DNA of 42,384 nt from a virus. Lineage: Duplodnaviria > Caudoviricetes. The notes beneath the pieces are model-generated. The model had not been told where the DNA came from, ran no database searches, and saw only the letters and a list, made by a program, of their open reading frames with translations. The number at the start of each line of letters is the position of its first letter. Position 1 is the stretch's first letter. Location of the stretch: IMG/VR virus record IMGVR_UViG_3300025018_000041, positions 1 to 42,384 of that record. One strand, written 5' to 3'. The translations under genes were made by a program, and so were the position numbers. Of the stretch, positions 25,986 through 36,064 are shown piece after piece.

Positions 25986-27908
25986 ATGATTACTCAAGAT
26001 ATCATCAATCGAGTTAAAGCTGCGCCGGGGCCTGGCTCTATGATTACTGGTCGTCTTCCTGGTTCTGTTTACGGCGAAGGCGAGAGTTCTAGTTCTCGCG
26101 CACAAAGTCCGGAGTTGAATCGTTTTTCGCAGTCTACCTCTAGCGTAAATTATCTCGGTGACGGCAACCTTAATGGCATGGTCGTAAATGCTTATATTCA
26201 TGGTTTGATTAATAAAACAGAACTTGAAACGATCATGTCTGAAGGTGGTGCGTCATACGATCGCAGTAATCCACAAATAGATTACGGACAGGGCAAACAG
26301 TCTTTGACTGATGAACAACAGCAAAAACTAGCCAGTGGCGTTCCTTTGGGAACTATTATCAGCTCACAGATTCCCAGAGATCAGTACGAACAGAACGCCG
26401 CTTTATTGCAGGGAGGAGGCACGATAGCGCCACAGAGTTCTACTGGTGGCTCGTCTTACGCTGGAACTTCTATCGTGGACTTTTTGAAGTCTACCGGTCA
26501 GCAATCAGACTATGCTTCACGGGAAAAACTGGCTCAACAGGCTGGTATTCAGAATTACACGGGTTCAGCAGAGCAAAACACGCAACTGCTTAATCAGCTC
26601 AAAGGCGGGCAGGGTGGAGGCGGGCAAGGCGTAATTCAAGCCCAGTCTAACAACCAGACCTTTAACGGCATTGTCGCTCAAGCCAACGAGGTTATCAATC
26701 AGTTCTTACAGACAGGCGGAACACTAGACGCTACCAGCCAGAAACTCATCAACCAGATAAACGGCGTATCTACCAAGCAACAGCAAGCTATTCTAGAGGG
26801 GCAAAACGCCGTTCAGAATAACGATGTCCAAGGCGTAAACCAAGCCGCTGCCACTGTTCAGCAGTTTGAGCAGGAAAAACAACAGGCGGTCAATCAGCTT
26901 CAGGAGTCCTTACAGCCTTTGAGGGAGCAGTATTTAAAGACTCTGCAAAAGAGCGGAACTGAGCAAGACCTAGAAACGCAACTCGCTGATTTGCGAACCT
27001 CCGCCGAAAAGAGCAATATCCGCACAGAGAGCCAGCCTATCCCAATGACCTTTATTGTCGGTCAGAACAGGGAGCAAATGAAGATTTACCAAGCCGAGGA
27101 AGCCAACTTACTGGCTAAATTAGGTTTAGCTCAAGAAAACCGCCAAGCTGAGCAAAAAGGATTAGAGGTAGAGATGGGCTTTATCAGCGATGACTTTGAA
27201 CTTCAGCAACAGATTGAGGAGAAAGTATACGAGCGAGAGCAAGACGTTCTAACGCAGGCAGATAAACTAGATGAAAAAGCTCGCCAGAAACTAAGTGATA
27301 TTCTTTCCTTAATGGAGGGCGTTGATCCAGACAGACTTAGCCCGCAAGAAAAGACTCAACTAGCTCAAGTCGCCGCCTCCGCAGGATTAGATATAGGGTT
27401 GGTGCTAAAGGGAATGGACGCAGTTTACACCCAGCAGGCGTTTGATAATTCATTGCAAGCTAGTCGGGAGTCTAGGTTGGGAGGTGGAGCTGGAGGCGAA
27501 GATGAGTTTAACGAACAAGCAACATTCTCGTCTGTAATAAAAATCAATCAAGACAAGACTGATTCTGAATTACGATCTTGGGCTAAAACTAACACTGATA
27601 TGAAAGATAGCGACATAGACGACTTGTTAGCTACTCGTTTGGCCCCCGAAGATTTATCAGCAGTGATACCGGCTTTGATTGCCAATCAGTTTGAAACTTT
27701 CTTTTTCGCTGGTGGAGAATCTGAAGTTACTCACGCTAAACAAAAAGCTAAGAATTTTGTTTTGTCAGGTGGGGCAGGATCAGGGGGAGTGCTTACTGTA
27801 GGGAAAAAGTCTGTAAACTTAAACGATCCGAATGTTCAAGCGGTTCTCATTCAAGGAATTGATAAAGTCTCAATAAGCAAAAATGACATTGAAGAAATGT
27901 TAAAGTAA
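25986..27908 (+). CDS. Probable internal virion/ejection protein with DUF3597-like domain
   Basis: SIVDFLKSTGQQSDYASREKLAQQAGIQNYTGSAEQNTQLL; Gln-rich coiled coil. Confidence 0.6.
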   Translation: MITQDIINRVKAAPGPGSMITGRLPGSVYGEGESSSSRAQSPELNRFSQSTSSVNYLGDGNLNGMVVNAYIHGLINKTELETIMSEGGASYDRSNPQIDYGQGKQSLTDEQQQKLASGVPLGTIISSQIPRDQYEQNAALLQGGGTIAPQSSTGGSSYAGTSIVDFLKSTGQQSDYASREKLAQQAGIQNYTGSAEQNTQLLNQLKGGQGGGGQGVIQAQSNNQTFNGIVAQANEVINQFLQTGGTLDATSQKLINQINGVSTKQQQAILEGQNAVQNNDVQGVNQAAATVQQFEQEKQQAVNQLQESLQPLREQYLKTLQKSGTEQDLETQLADLRTSAEKSNIRTESQPIPMTFIVGQNREQMKIYQAEEANLLAKLGLAQENRQAEQKGLEVEMGFISDDFELQQQIEEKVYEREQDVLTQADKLDEKARQKLSDILSLMEGVDPDRLSPQEKTQLAQVAASAGLDIGLVLKGMDAVYTQQAFDNSLQASRESRLGGGAGGEDEFNEQATFSSVIKINQDKTDSELRSWAKTNTDMKDSDIDDLLATRLAPEDLSAVIPALIANQFETFFFAGGESEVTHAKQKAKNFVLSGGAGSGGVLTVGKKSVNLNDPNVQAVLIQGIDKVSISKNDIEEMLK

Positions 27909-30900
27909 TGGCTATCAAACTACCAGATCAAAAAATGATAGAAAGGGAGCGCTTGGCAATGCGTTCTATTCCGTTTTCTAGTCAAGTTGCCGGTAATTTT
28001 TTGAGACAATCCAATGTCCAGCAGCAACCTCAACAGCCTTCTTCCAAATTATTCTTATCCAGTTTTTTATTGAACGGTGAAAAGCCGAAGTTAGAGCCAT
28101 TAGATTTGTTGAATTTCACTACGCCATTTGAAAGTGAAGTTAAGAATACTTCTATAAAATTTTCACCTAGTACTGATTATTCACTAGGCAAATTACTTTT
28201 AGAGGATGTTCCTGCTGTGGCAAATGCAATATTATCTATTCCTTATGACAGAGAAGCTAGGGAACAATTTAGGACGGGATTTAATACTGGATTGCTAGCA
28301 TTATCAGAATCTGTCAAAAGGGCATTTGTAGCAATTGACGAGCGGTTGATTATAAAACTCAGTGAATCCCAAAAACAAAGCTCAAAGAAAATCAATCAGC
28401 AAATTTTGTTTTCTGCCGATAAAGACGCCGAGATGATTAAGACGATGTACGAATACGGAGGGTTAAAACTCGATGATACAAAAACTTTCAGAAAGAAAAT
28501 TCAAGACCCGAAGTTTGTTGCCCAGGGACTAGGAATGAATTTACCTAACTTTCTTGCGGCTCTAGGGGCTAGTGTGCCTGTAGCAGTAGCCGGAGCGCCA
28601 ACAGCGGCGGTGGCTGGAACGGGATTTTTAACCACTGCCTTTTTAGAGGGCGGTGCGTTTTTATCAGAAGCGGAGCAATATAATGTTACTCCTAAGCAAG
28701 CGCAGAATCTGTCTCTATTAGTTGGCGCTGTAAACGGGATTTTAGAGATGTTGCCGATTATGAAATTGTTGAATAGGAACCCAGCCGCTAAAAATGTCAA
28801 AAGCCGGATTTTAGGTTTAGTTACTAGAAATATACTGAGTCAATCTGCCGCAGAGGGATCAACGGAAAGTCTACAAACAATAGTTTCGAACGCTGCTGCT
28901 AAGGTCTTTGATGAGGAACGAGAATTGCTGAGTAATGTTGGTGAGTCAGCATTTTTTGGCAGTCTTATGGGTGGCGGTGTGAGCTTGGTCACAGATGCTC
29001 CTAAAATGCGACTACGAGGGTTAGAGATAGAAGATGTATCAGGTCAAGACGACCTCGCCTCCTCCATCTCCAAAGCCAAAGCCTCTGGTCAGTCTTTTGA
29101 TGAGTGGGTGAAGGGGCAGGGGTATAATGATGGTAAACAAATAGCAAAAGAAGCAAAACAACTTGGGAGTGATCAAGGAGGACTTAGTGATTTCACATTA
29201 AATAAAATAAAAAATGAAGACTATGTTTCTCAAGAAATTTCTATTAAAGATTTAAGAAAAGCAGATCCTGATCTAGATGATTATTTAAAAACATCTAAAG
29301 TTAGAGAATATGAAGGAGAACCATTTGGGATGAGTCCTATTGTTGGTTCTAATGGAGAAGTTTTAGATGGTTATAATAGAATAGCTCAAGCCACAGAGAA
29401 TGGGGAAGATACAGTAACAGTTTTAAAAGGCAAAACCCGCTCCCAACTAAAAGCAGAGTGGGATAGAGTAAAAATTGAGCCCAAGAAAACCCTTCAAAAC
29501 GTTATCTCTCCGGCTAAAGCCAAGCCCAAATTCCCGGATATTAAGTACACAGAGCTGGACGAGATAGCCAAAAAATTAAGGCGTCAGGATCTCACCCGAC
29601 AACAACGAGAAGAAACCCGTAATCTAATAAGAATCATGGAGGAGACCTTAGCCGAACATCCAGCCAAGTCGCTCATAAAATACGTCTCGCGCACCACTGG
29701 CCAGCTCCCAGAGGTAACTGGCAAGGCGACTATGGATTCGCTCACTGGTAGCGGTAAAAAAGTCGCTACCAGCAAATTTGGCCGGAAGGGAGATCAAATC
29801 ATTCAGGAGATTTTAGGCCGGTGGGATGATACTTATTCAAACGCGCCAAGTATTGAAAAAGCTCAAGAGTTGGTGGATTCGTATATCAAAATACGGGAAC
29901 AGCTCAAAAACCTTAAGGAACAAAACAGTGGTATCCATAAAGAGATATCCGCAGTTCTTAAAGGCGAGAAGCTTATGCAACTCGCCAAAGGAGATAGGCG
30001 GGCTGTTTGGAGTGGACTAAAACAAGTTTACGGTCTATCAGACTCCGAGCTTTCTAAACTTCGTGGTGGGCGAGATATTATGGCTATGGATCGCCGAGAA
30101 TGGGAGCAGTTTGTTAATCAAGCTGAAGTTTTAGCTCAAGAGGTCGCCGAAAAAAGAGAAGCTAAAATTAAACTACTTTACACAGTTCAAAGCCGAGAAT
30201 TGCAAAACTGGGAAAATGTACAAGCCGCCATGAAGCTTCCATCTCTTAAAGATATGTCGGTTGAGCAGATGAATCAGCTTAACGAAGCTCTTTTGCCTTA
30301 TCAACAAGCCGATCAATTCTTAACTGTTCGGCAACTAGAAACTGTTGACCGAACAGACTTGGCCGGTCTTAAAACCTTACGAGAAGTGCGAGAATTTTTG
30401 GCAAAAAAGAGCGGTACTCCTATTGAGGAATTGCAGATAATTAAGTCTACTGAATTTGATAGGATGACTTATGATACTGCTTTGGCTAGGAAAAATCCCT
30501 TGTATGATTTAATGGTGGAACGTAAGAATGTAGCGCTACTTCAAAGTGAAGAAAAGGTATTGCGTTACAAGGAGAAAATCAATGAATTATTGAAAGATGC
30601 GAGATCTTCAAGGCCGACAAAGGGAATCTGGGCAAAGTTAAAACAATTTATTGCTCCGACAGACGAAGTGATAGTTCATTGGCTAGAATCTACGCCAGAG
30701 GAAAGGATTGAGTTAGGCAGAAAAATGACCGAGGAAGAATTACGAGCGGCTGAGTATCAAGACAATGTATACAAAGATTATTACCGTTATTTAGTTCAAA
30801 GAGCGGCTGAACAGAAATTTTCTAGCCGGTTTGAGAATCAATACTACCCGCACGTTCGCCGGAGCTTCCTAGAGGCTTGGGGAGATGATGGATTAGTAAG

Positions 30901-32287
30901 AGCCTTTAGGGAATCTTTTGACCAGTATAGGCAGAACGAGCGTTATCTAAACATTTTAGACCAAAAAACAAGCGAAATTGTGCCTTATGAGAAATGGCTA
31001 GGATTTGTGCAGTACCGAACCGATCAGCTTCAGCCTACGAAAAATGCTGCCAAAGCATTTCTGGCTTACACTTCCGCCTTGGAAAAAGCTAAGCAGTTAG
31101 ATTCTTTCATTCCGGAATTGATGATGTATGTGAGTGCGGTGTCGCCTAAGAACCTGACTCCTAGGGGGTTAGAGATTGATGACTCGCTTAATCGGTTTGT
31201 TAAGGAATGGATAAATAGTAAAAAAGGAAGGATCGCTCCCAGTTTCGTTAAGCCCGGAGGAAAACCAGACTGGGCGTTAAGATTGCTTATTTCATTCACT
31301 AGAATAAAAGACTTAGGATTTAGTGTTCCTGTCGGAATTGCTAACCAGTTTGGAGAACAATATGCCAACTTTGTGTATCTAAAACCTAGGAATTATATTA
31401 TTGGATGGCAAAGACTAGCTACCAGACAAGGTCATCGGATATCTAAAAAATATGATGCCTTTGTGGGTGAAACATTTTGGGAAAAGTTAAATGATGCTTC
31501 TAATACAGCCGGGGATAAGTTTTTGCAAACAATGTTTGGTTTATTTAGTGCGGCTAGCCGAAGGGGAAATCAGATATTTCTGCTTGGTTCTATGACGAAA
31601 CAGGAGTTTGATACTGAAACTATATCTGTGAAAAGACTAGCAGAACTTCAAAAAGCAATGGGGCAGTATCGGGTTGTGGAAAATTCCGAGTCTATAATGG
31701 GTAAAACAGCCGAAGGGCAGGTGTTAGGACAATATAAGCGCTGGGCCTGGCCTATTCTTTTTCAAACTAGCCACAATATCAAAACACTGACTGGTATGAT
31801 AAGAAAGGACGGATTCAAAACCGCCGTAAAATCAAAAGAATTTCAGGAACTTACGCTCTCAGTTGGACTAGCTACGGCTATTGGCTTTATGTTCTTCGGT
31901 TATTACGAGGAATTAGAAAAGAAAAAGGATAGGTCTTTTGTAGAAGAAATTATTTTTAAGTCAATGCGAGATTCGCTCTCTATGATCGGTGCGTTAGACC
32001 CTAAACTGATATTATCAGAGCCAAGACTAATGTCTTTCCTAGCCGATATAGGAGAAGCGATTTCTAACTTGATTCTCTTAGAAAGATACAAAACAACTAA
32101 GAAACTAATAGGGATAGAACAGTTTAAAAGGAATCTTACCCCAAATGTTGTTCGTCAAGTTTTTCAGCGTTCAGAAGATACTACCAATGGCCGGAAAACC
32201 CTAGATGAAATGATTAACGCTAGAACAAGCTCCAGCGTTGGCTCAAAGCGAGACTTTAATGTTAATGGGGTTAACGTGAGCTTCTGA
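27908..32287 (+). CDS. Large internal virion/DNA-ejection protein with embedded ParB/Srx-like domain
   Basis: 1459 aa; Ala/Gly hydrophobic block with EGSTESLQ; PIVGSNGEVLDGYNR; C-terminal hydrophobic helix. Confidence 0.65.
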   Translation: MAIKLPDQKMIERERLAMRSIPFSSQVAGNFLRQSNVQQQPQQPSSKLFLSSFLLNGEKPKLEPLDLLNFTTPFESEVKNTSIKFSPSTDYSLGKLLLEDVPAVANAILSIPYDREAREQFRTGFNTGLLALSESVKRAFVAIDERLIIKLSESQKQSSKKINQQILFSADKDAEMIKTMYEYGGLKLDDTKTFRKKIQDPKFVAQGLGMNLPNFLAALGASVPVAVAGAPTAAVAGTGFLTTAFLEGGAFLSEAEQYNVTPKQAQNLSLLVGAVNGILEMLPIMKLLNRNPAAKNVKSRILGLVTRNILSQSAAEGSTESLQTIVSNAAAKVFDEERELLSNVGESAFFGSLMGGGVSLVTDAPKMRLRGLEIEDVSGQDDLASSISKAKASGQSFDEWVKGQGYNDGKQIAKEAKQLGSDQGGLSDFTLNKIKNEDYVSQEISIKDLRKADPDLDDYLKTSKVREYEGEPFGMSPIVGSNGEVLDGYNRIAQATENGEDTVTVLKGKTRSQLKAEWDRVKIEPKKTLQNVISPAKAKPKFPDIKYTELDEIAKKLRRQDLTRQQREETRNLIRIMEETLAEHPAKSLIKYVSRTTGQLPEVTGKATMDSLTGSGKKVATSKFGRKGDQIIQEILGRWDDTYSNAPSIEKAQELVDSYIKIREQLKNLKEQNSGIHKEISAVLKGEKLMQLAKGDRRAVWSGLKQVYGLSDSELSKLRGGRDIMAMDRREWEQFVNQAEVLAQEVAEKREAKIKLLYTVQSRELQNWENVQAAMKLPSLKDMSVEQMNQLNEALLPYQQADQFLTVRQLETVDRTDLAGLKTLREVREFLAKKSGTPIEELQIIKSTEFDRMTYDTALARKNPLYDLMVERKNVALLQSEEKVLRYKEKINELLKDARSSRPTKGIWAKLKQFIAPTDEVIVHWLESTPEERIELGRKMTEEELRAAEYQDNVYKDYYRYLVQRAAEQKFSSRFENQYYPHVRRSFLEAWGDDGLVRAFRESFDQYRQNERYLNILDQKTSEIVPYEKWLGFVQYRTDQLQPTKNAAKAFLAYTSALEKAKQLDSFIPELMMYVSAVSPKNLTPRGLEIDDSLNRFVKEWINSKKGRIAPSFVKPGGKPDWALRLLISFTRIKDLGFSVPVGIANQFGEQYANFVYLKPRNYIIGWQRLATRQGHRISKKYDAFVGETFWEKLNDASNTAGDKFLQTMFGLFSAASRRGNQIFLLGSMTKQEFDTETISVKRLAELQKAMGQYRVVENSESIMGKTAEGQVLGQYKRWAWPILFQTSHNIKTLTGMIRKDGFKTAVKSKEFQELTLSVGLATAIGFMFFGYYEELEKKKDRSFVEEIIFKSMRDSLSMIGALDPKLILSEPRLMSFLADIGEAISNLILLERYKTTKKLIGIEQFKRNLTPNVVRQVFQRSEDTTNGRKTLDEMINARTSSSVGSKRDFNVNGVNVSF

Positions 32288-32447
32288 TGAGAAATATAAC
32301 CCCGAAAATGTATACTCCTAGGAAAAATAGAGAACTTAGCGGGCCGACATCGCCGTTATTAAGAACGCTTATAAAATAGAAAACTCCCCAAACAATGACT
32401 CCAGGTACAATAATCGCAAAAAGCCAAGAGATTAAAATCTTACTCAT
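32271..32447 (-). CDS. 58-aa two-TM membrane protein, only credible minus-strand gene (not in ORF track)
   Basis: MSKILISWLFAIIVPGVIVWGVFYFISVLNNGDVGPLSSLFFLGVYIFGVIFLIRSSR; minus-strand TTGACA about 35 nt upstream. Confidence 0.7.
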   Translation of the reverse strand: MSKILISWLFAIIVPGVIVWGVFYFISVLNNGDVGPLSSLFFLGVYIFGVIFLIRSSR

Positions 32448-32485
32448 TTCTTAATGAATACACCTATTAAAGTAATTTGTCAAAT

Positions 32486-33259
32486 ATGAACCTCCTTCAA
32501 AAACTACTACAACCACAAAACCCTCTCCTCGCCAGACTCCGGGGATATGATGTTCCACGGCAGGTTATTCAAAAGCCACAGTTTGCCCTAGATAAACCGG
32601 ATGAATTAGAGATGGAGTCTGATATTCTCCGACTGAAAGACGAGCAAAAACTCTCTAAATCAGAACTTATGTCTTTGGCAGCTGAACAGTATGGGTCAGA
32701 CACTAAGGAATATGTGTCAGCTATAAATATGGCGGAGAAATTATACGGGAACGATGAGAATAAATCACAACCTAGTACCCAGAGAACGTCGACCATATAT
32801 TCTGATGAAGATATAGATGAATTAAGGGGAAATCTATTTGGGGAGATAGGAAGAACTGGAGAGAAGGCAGAATTTGAAGCAAGGATAGCAGCCAGTACGG
32901 CATTAAATCGGCTTGCCCTAGATAAAGACAAGAAAGTTACTCTTAAAGATATCTTAACCCAAAAAGGTCAATATCAAGCATTTAGTCATCCCGACAGAGA
33001 AGGCCCTAGCAATCTCTATAATAAAATCAAAAATAAAGAAGAATTAAATGAGTTGGAAACAGAGAGGTTGAAAGTTGTTAATAAGATTATTGAAGAAGTT
33101 AAATCAGGAAAATTCGTAGACACAACAGATGGAGCTTATTCTTATTACCACTGTCCTGCGGCAGGCGAAAAATTCTGTAAGGGGAAACCAGACAACACAA
33201 TTTGGATTAAAGAGGTAAAAAATCCACGCATTAGTGATGGGAGATTCTTCAATGATTAG
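32486..33259 (+). CDS. SleB/Hydrolase_2-like cell-wall hydrolase (likely virion-associated)
   Basis: LFGE...ASTALNR...LKDILTQKGQYQAF...DTTDGAYSYY; ATG 32486 preferred over TTG 32477. Confidence 0.7.
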   Translation: MNLLQKLLQPQNPLLARLRGYDVPRQVIQKPQFALDKPDELEMESDILRLKDEQKLSKSELMSLAAEQYGSDTKEYVSAINMAEKLYGNDENKSQPSTQRTSTIYSDEDIDELRGNLFGEIGRTGEKAEFEARIAASTALNRLALDKDKKVTLKDILTQKGQYQAFSHPDREGPSNLYNKIKNKEELNELETERLKVVNKIIEEVKSGKFVDTTDGAYSYYHCPAAGEKFCKGKPDNTIWIKEVKNPRISDGRFFND

Positions 33260-33283
33260 GTAAATAATGTTATAATATAAGAT

Positions 33284-35272
33284 ATGGGAAAACTCATAGA
33301 CTCATTTGAAAAACGAGAACTTGTAAAAAAAGTTGATAGGGTAGAGCAAGAGTTACATGCCATCAAAGAAAGTGGCGGTAGCTCTATGTTTAGTTCTATG
33401 TTTTCCAAGTTAGTTAAAGACGCCAAAGGAGACATCGGCCCCAAAGGAGACAAAGGGGAACGCGGAGAGGTCGGCCCACAAGGTGAAAGCATTGTTGGCC
33501 CCAAGGGAGAACGGGGAGAGGTTGGCCCCAAGGGAGATGACGGCAATCCCGGAAAGGACGGCAAAAACGGAATCACCCCAATAAAGGGCATAGACTATTT
33601 TGATGGTGCGCCAGGAACGCCAGGAGAACGAGGAGATGACGGCGCCCCAGACACTGGCGAGCAAATTGTAGATAAAATCAATGGGCTTCCCACTACCCCC
33701 GACAAGCAGATAGATGCTTCGCATATTAAGAATCTTCCGAAAGCAGTAGCGCGGTATGCTAAGAAAACTTTACACAGAGGCGGCGGTTCTTCAATATCCG
33801 TAGACAGTTCAGAGGTAACCGACCCTGACTTCGTTTCTACAGGCGACATTGATTTTGTAGCTACTGGCTCGGATGTAACCGCCAACCTCAACGCCGATAC
33901 AGTAGGACTAGACGAACTTTCAGCTACCGGCACACCGTCTAGTTCTACTTTCCTCAGAGGAGATAACTCTTGGGCTACACCAGCAGGTTCTGGAGATGTT
34001 GCGAAGGTAGGCACCCCAGTAAATGGGCAACTCGGTGTTTGGACTGGTGATGGCACAATAGAAGGCGATCCCGCACTAACCTTTGACGATTCAGATGACA
34101 CATTGGTCATTGGTGCTTCAGGCAAACTAGCTTTTGGTGCTGTGGATATTCTCTCTGATTCTATTGGCACAACAACACTCGCTAACATTGATGCTTTAGA
34201 TGCTACCACCGAAGCTACTATTGAAAGCGCAATAGACACACTTGCCAACCTAACCTCAATTCAAGGACAAACCGTAACCCTCGCAGACGCAGGGGCTAAC
34301 GCAATCTTCGGCTGGGACGACACTGCAGGGGCTTATGAAAACCTTACCGCCGCAGAAGTACGAACGGTTATCAACGTAGAAGACGGGGCAGACGTAACTG
34401 ACACAACGAACGTAACCGCCGCAGGTGCTTTGATGGATAGCGAGGTAACTAACCTTGCACAGGTTAAAGCCTTTGACACCACAGATTATGCCACCGCCGC
34501 ACAAGGTTCAACCGCTGACTCTGCTCTTCAAGATGTTGTAGATGACACCACACCTACTTTAGGCGGAGCTTTAGACGCTGGAGGCTTTGATATAAATAAC
34601 GGTGGAGTAATCTTTTTAACCGAACAAGCAGCCGCTGAACTAGATGTCGCAGGTAAGGGGCAATTATGGGTAAAGACAGCTACTCCTAATGAGCTTTGGT
34701 TCACTGATGACGCTGGTACTGATATACAACTAGGAACTTTTACAACTACCCTTAAAACAAAACTTGACGGTATTGAAACTGCGGCAGACGTAACCGACGA
34801 AGCCAATGTAACAGACGCACTAGACGGAGCTACTTTAACCGCCGCTACACTAGCAGGAACGGATAAAGTCTTAATTCAAGACACAGATGACTCAGATATT
34901 CTAAAAACTGTAACTGCACAAAGTATTGCTGACCTTGCAGGTGGAATGACTTGGAACGAACAAACTGGCACATCTGACACGATGGCGGTTGATAATGGGT
35001 ATATCGCTAACAATGCAGGATTAGTAACTTTCACACTGCCAACAACCGCAGCCGTAGGAAGTGTTGTTAGAGTAGCTGGTGTGGGCGCAGGTGGCTGGGC
35101 AATAGCTCAAAACGCTTCTGAGATTATCCACTTCGGCAATCAAGATACCACTACAGGCACAGGAGGCTCATTAGCTTCAGTTAATAGATATGACGCAGTT
35201 GAGCTTGTATGCGTGGTTGCAGACACAGAATGGTCGGTTCTCAGCTCACAAGGCAACATCACCGTGGTATAG
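33284..35272 (+). CDS. Collagen-like tail fibre protein
   Basis: Gly-X-Y runs (GPKGDKGERGEVGPQG), IDASHIKNLP, ADVTD and DTTPxLGG modules. Confidence 0.8.
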   Translation: MGKLIDSFEKRELVKKVDRVEQELHAIKESGGSSMFSSMFSKLVKDAKGDIGPKGDKGERGEVGPQGESIVGPKGERGEVGPKGDDGNPGKDGKNGITPIKGIDYFDGAPGTPGERGDDGAPDTGEQIVDKINGLPTTPDKQIDASHIKNLPKAVARYAKKTLHRGGGSSISVDSSEVTDPDFVSTGDIDFVATGSDVTANLNADTVGLDELSATGTPSSSTFLRGDNSWATPAGSGDVAKVGTPVNGQLGVWTGDGTIEGDPALTFDDSDDTLVIGASGKLAFGAVDILSDSIGTTTLANIDALDATTEATIESAIDTLANLTSIQGQTVTLADAGANAIFGWDDTAGAYENLTAAEVRTVINVEDGADVTDTTNVTAAGALMDSEVTNLAQVKAFDTTDYATAAQGSTADSALQDVVDDTTPTLGGALDAGGFDINNGGVIFLTEQAAAELDVAGKGQLWVKTATPNELWFTDDAGTDIQLGTFTTTLKTKLDGIETAADVTDEANVTDALDGATLTAATLAGTDKVLIQDTDDSDILKTVTAQSIADLAGGMTWNEQTGTSDTMAVDNGYIANNAGLVTFTLPTTAAVGSVVRVAGVGAGGWAIAQNASEIIHFGNQDTTTGTGGSLASVNRYDAVELVCVVADTEWSVLSSQGNITVV

Positions 35273-35294
35273 TATAAAAATTAACTAAAAACAT

Positions 35295-35555
35295 ATGTGG
35301 ACAATCACAACTGACAACCAAACAGACGAAACAGCAAACGTAAATGCAACCTATTCAGACGCAGTAGAAGCAACCGTAGATAAAGAAGCTGTCCCAGCAA
35401 CTATTACTTTCTCTTTCAGTGCAAAGATTAAGCTAACCGAATTAGATGTCTTCGCTACACGCTGTAAAGCGGAGTTGGCAAAGTATCAAACTAAGCACAA
35501 CGCAAAAAAAGAATTCAATTTAGAGTCGAAATTATTAAACCTCTTAAATAACTAA
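35295..35555 (+). CDS. Hypothetical protein (fibre-associated)
   Basis: ORF in the fibre cluster. Confidence 0.6.
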   Translation: MWTITTDNQTDETANVNATYSDAVEATVDKEAVPATITFSFSAKIKLTELDVFATRCKAELAKYQTKHNAKKEFNLESKLLNLLNN

Positions 35556-35556
35556 A

Positions 35557-36063
35557 ATGAGCTCAGTCACACAAACCTACGGTTCGTATACGGCTATGAC
35601 CGTAACCAACCTCCAGTCGTTGGCTTCTTCAGCCACGGCAGGTTGGCAATCAGACCGTGTAGACAACCAATCATCAGTCAAAGCTCTTGACTATGAGATT
35701 TTCGTCAAATTAACCACAGCAAACACCGCACCAGCGAACGACAAAGCGATGTATGTCTACGCCTGCCCGATGATTACCACCGACGGCGGAACTACTTGGC
35801 TGGCTTCAGACCAAGGTACTGGAACGCTTCCGACTGGCGCAGAAGGCACAACTACGATAGCTAATCCAAACGACTTGAAATTACTTGGTATTCTTTCTTA
35901 CACCACACAACAGATGGTGGTTCAAGGGTCATATAACCTCTCCTCGGCTGTCGGCAAGTCAATGCCTGACGGATTTTCAATCATCATAATTAACTTTTCA
36001 GGTGCGGCACTTTCTACTGGATGTGTCGTCAGTTACCGTGCAATCGCAAACGATATAGCTTAA
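35557..36063 (+). CDS. Hypothetical beta-rich structural protein
   Basis: ORF adjacent to the LamG gene. Confidence 0.65.
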   Translation: MSSVTQTYGSYTAMTVTNLQSLASSATAGWQSDRVDNQSSVKALDYEIFVKLTTANTAPANDKAMYVYACPMITTDGGTTWLASDQGTGTLPTGAEGTTTIANPNDLKLLGILSYTTQQMVVQGSYNLSSAVGKSMPDGFSIIIINFSGAALSTGCVVSYRAIANDIA

Positions 36064-36064
36064 T

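Noticed and set aside
33410-34806. Long minus-strand ORFs opposite fibre and other structural genes
   Set aside because: Antisense shadows of biased-codon + strand genes, with no start signals or motifs
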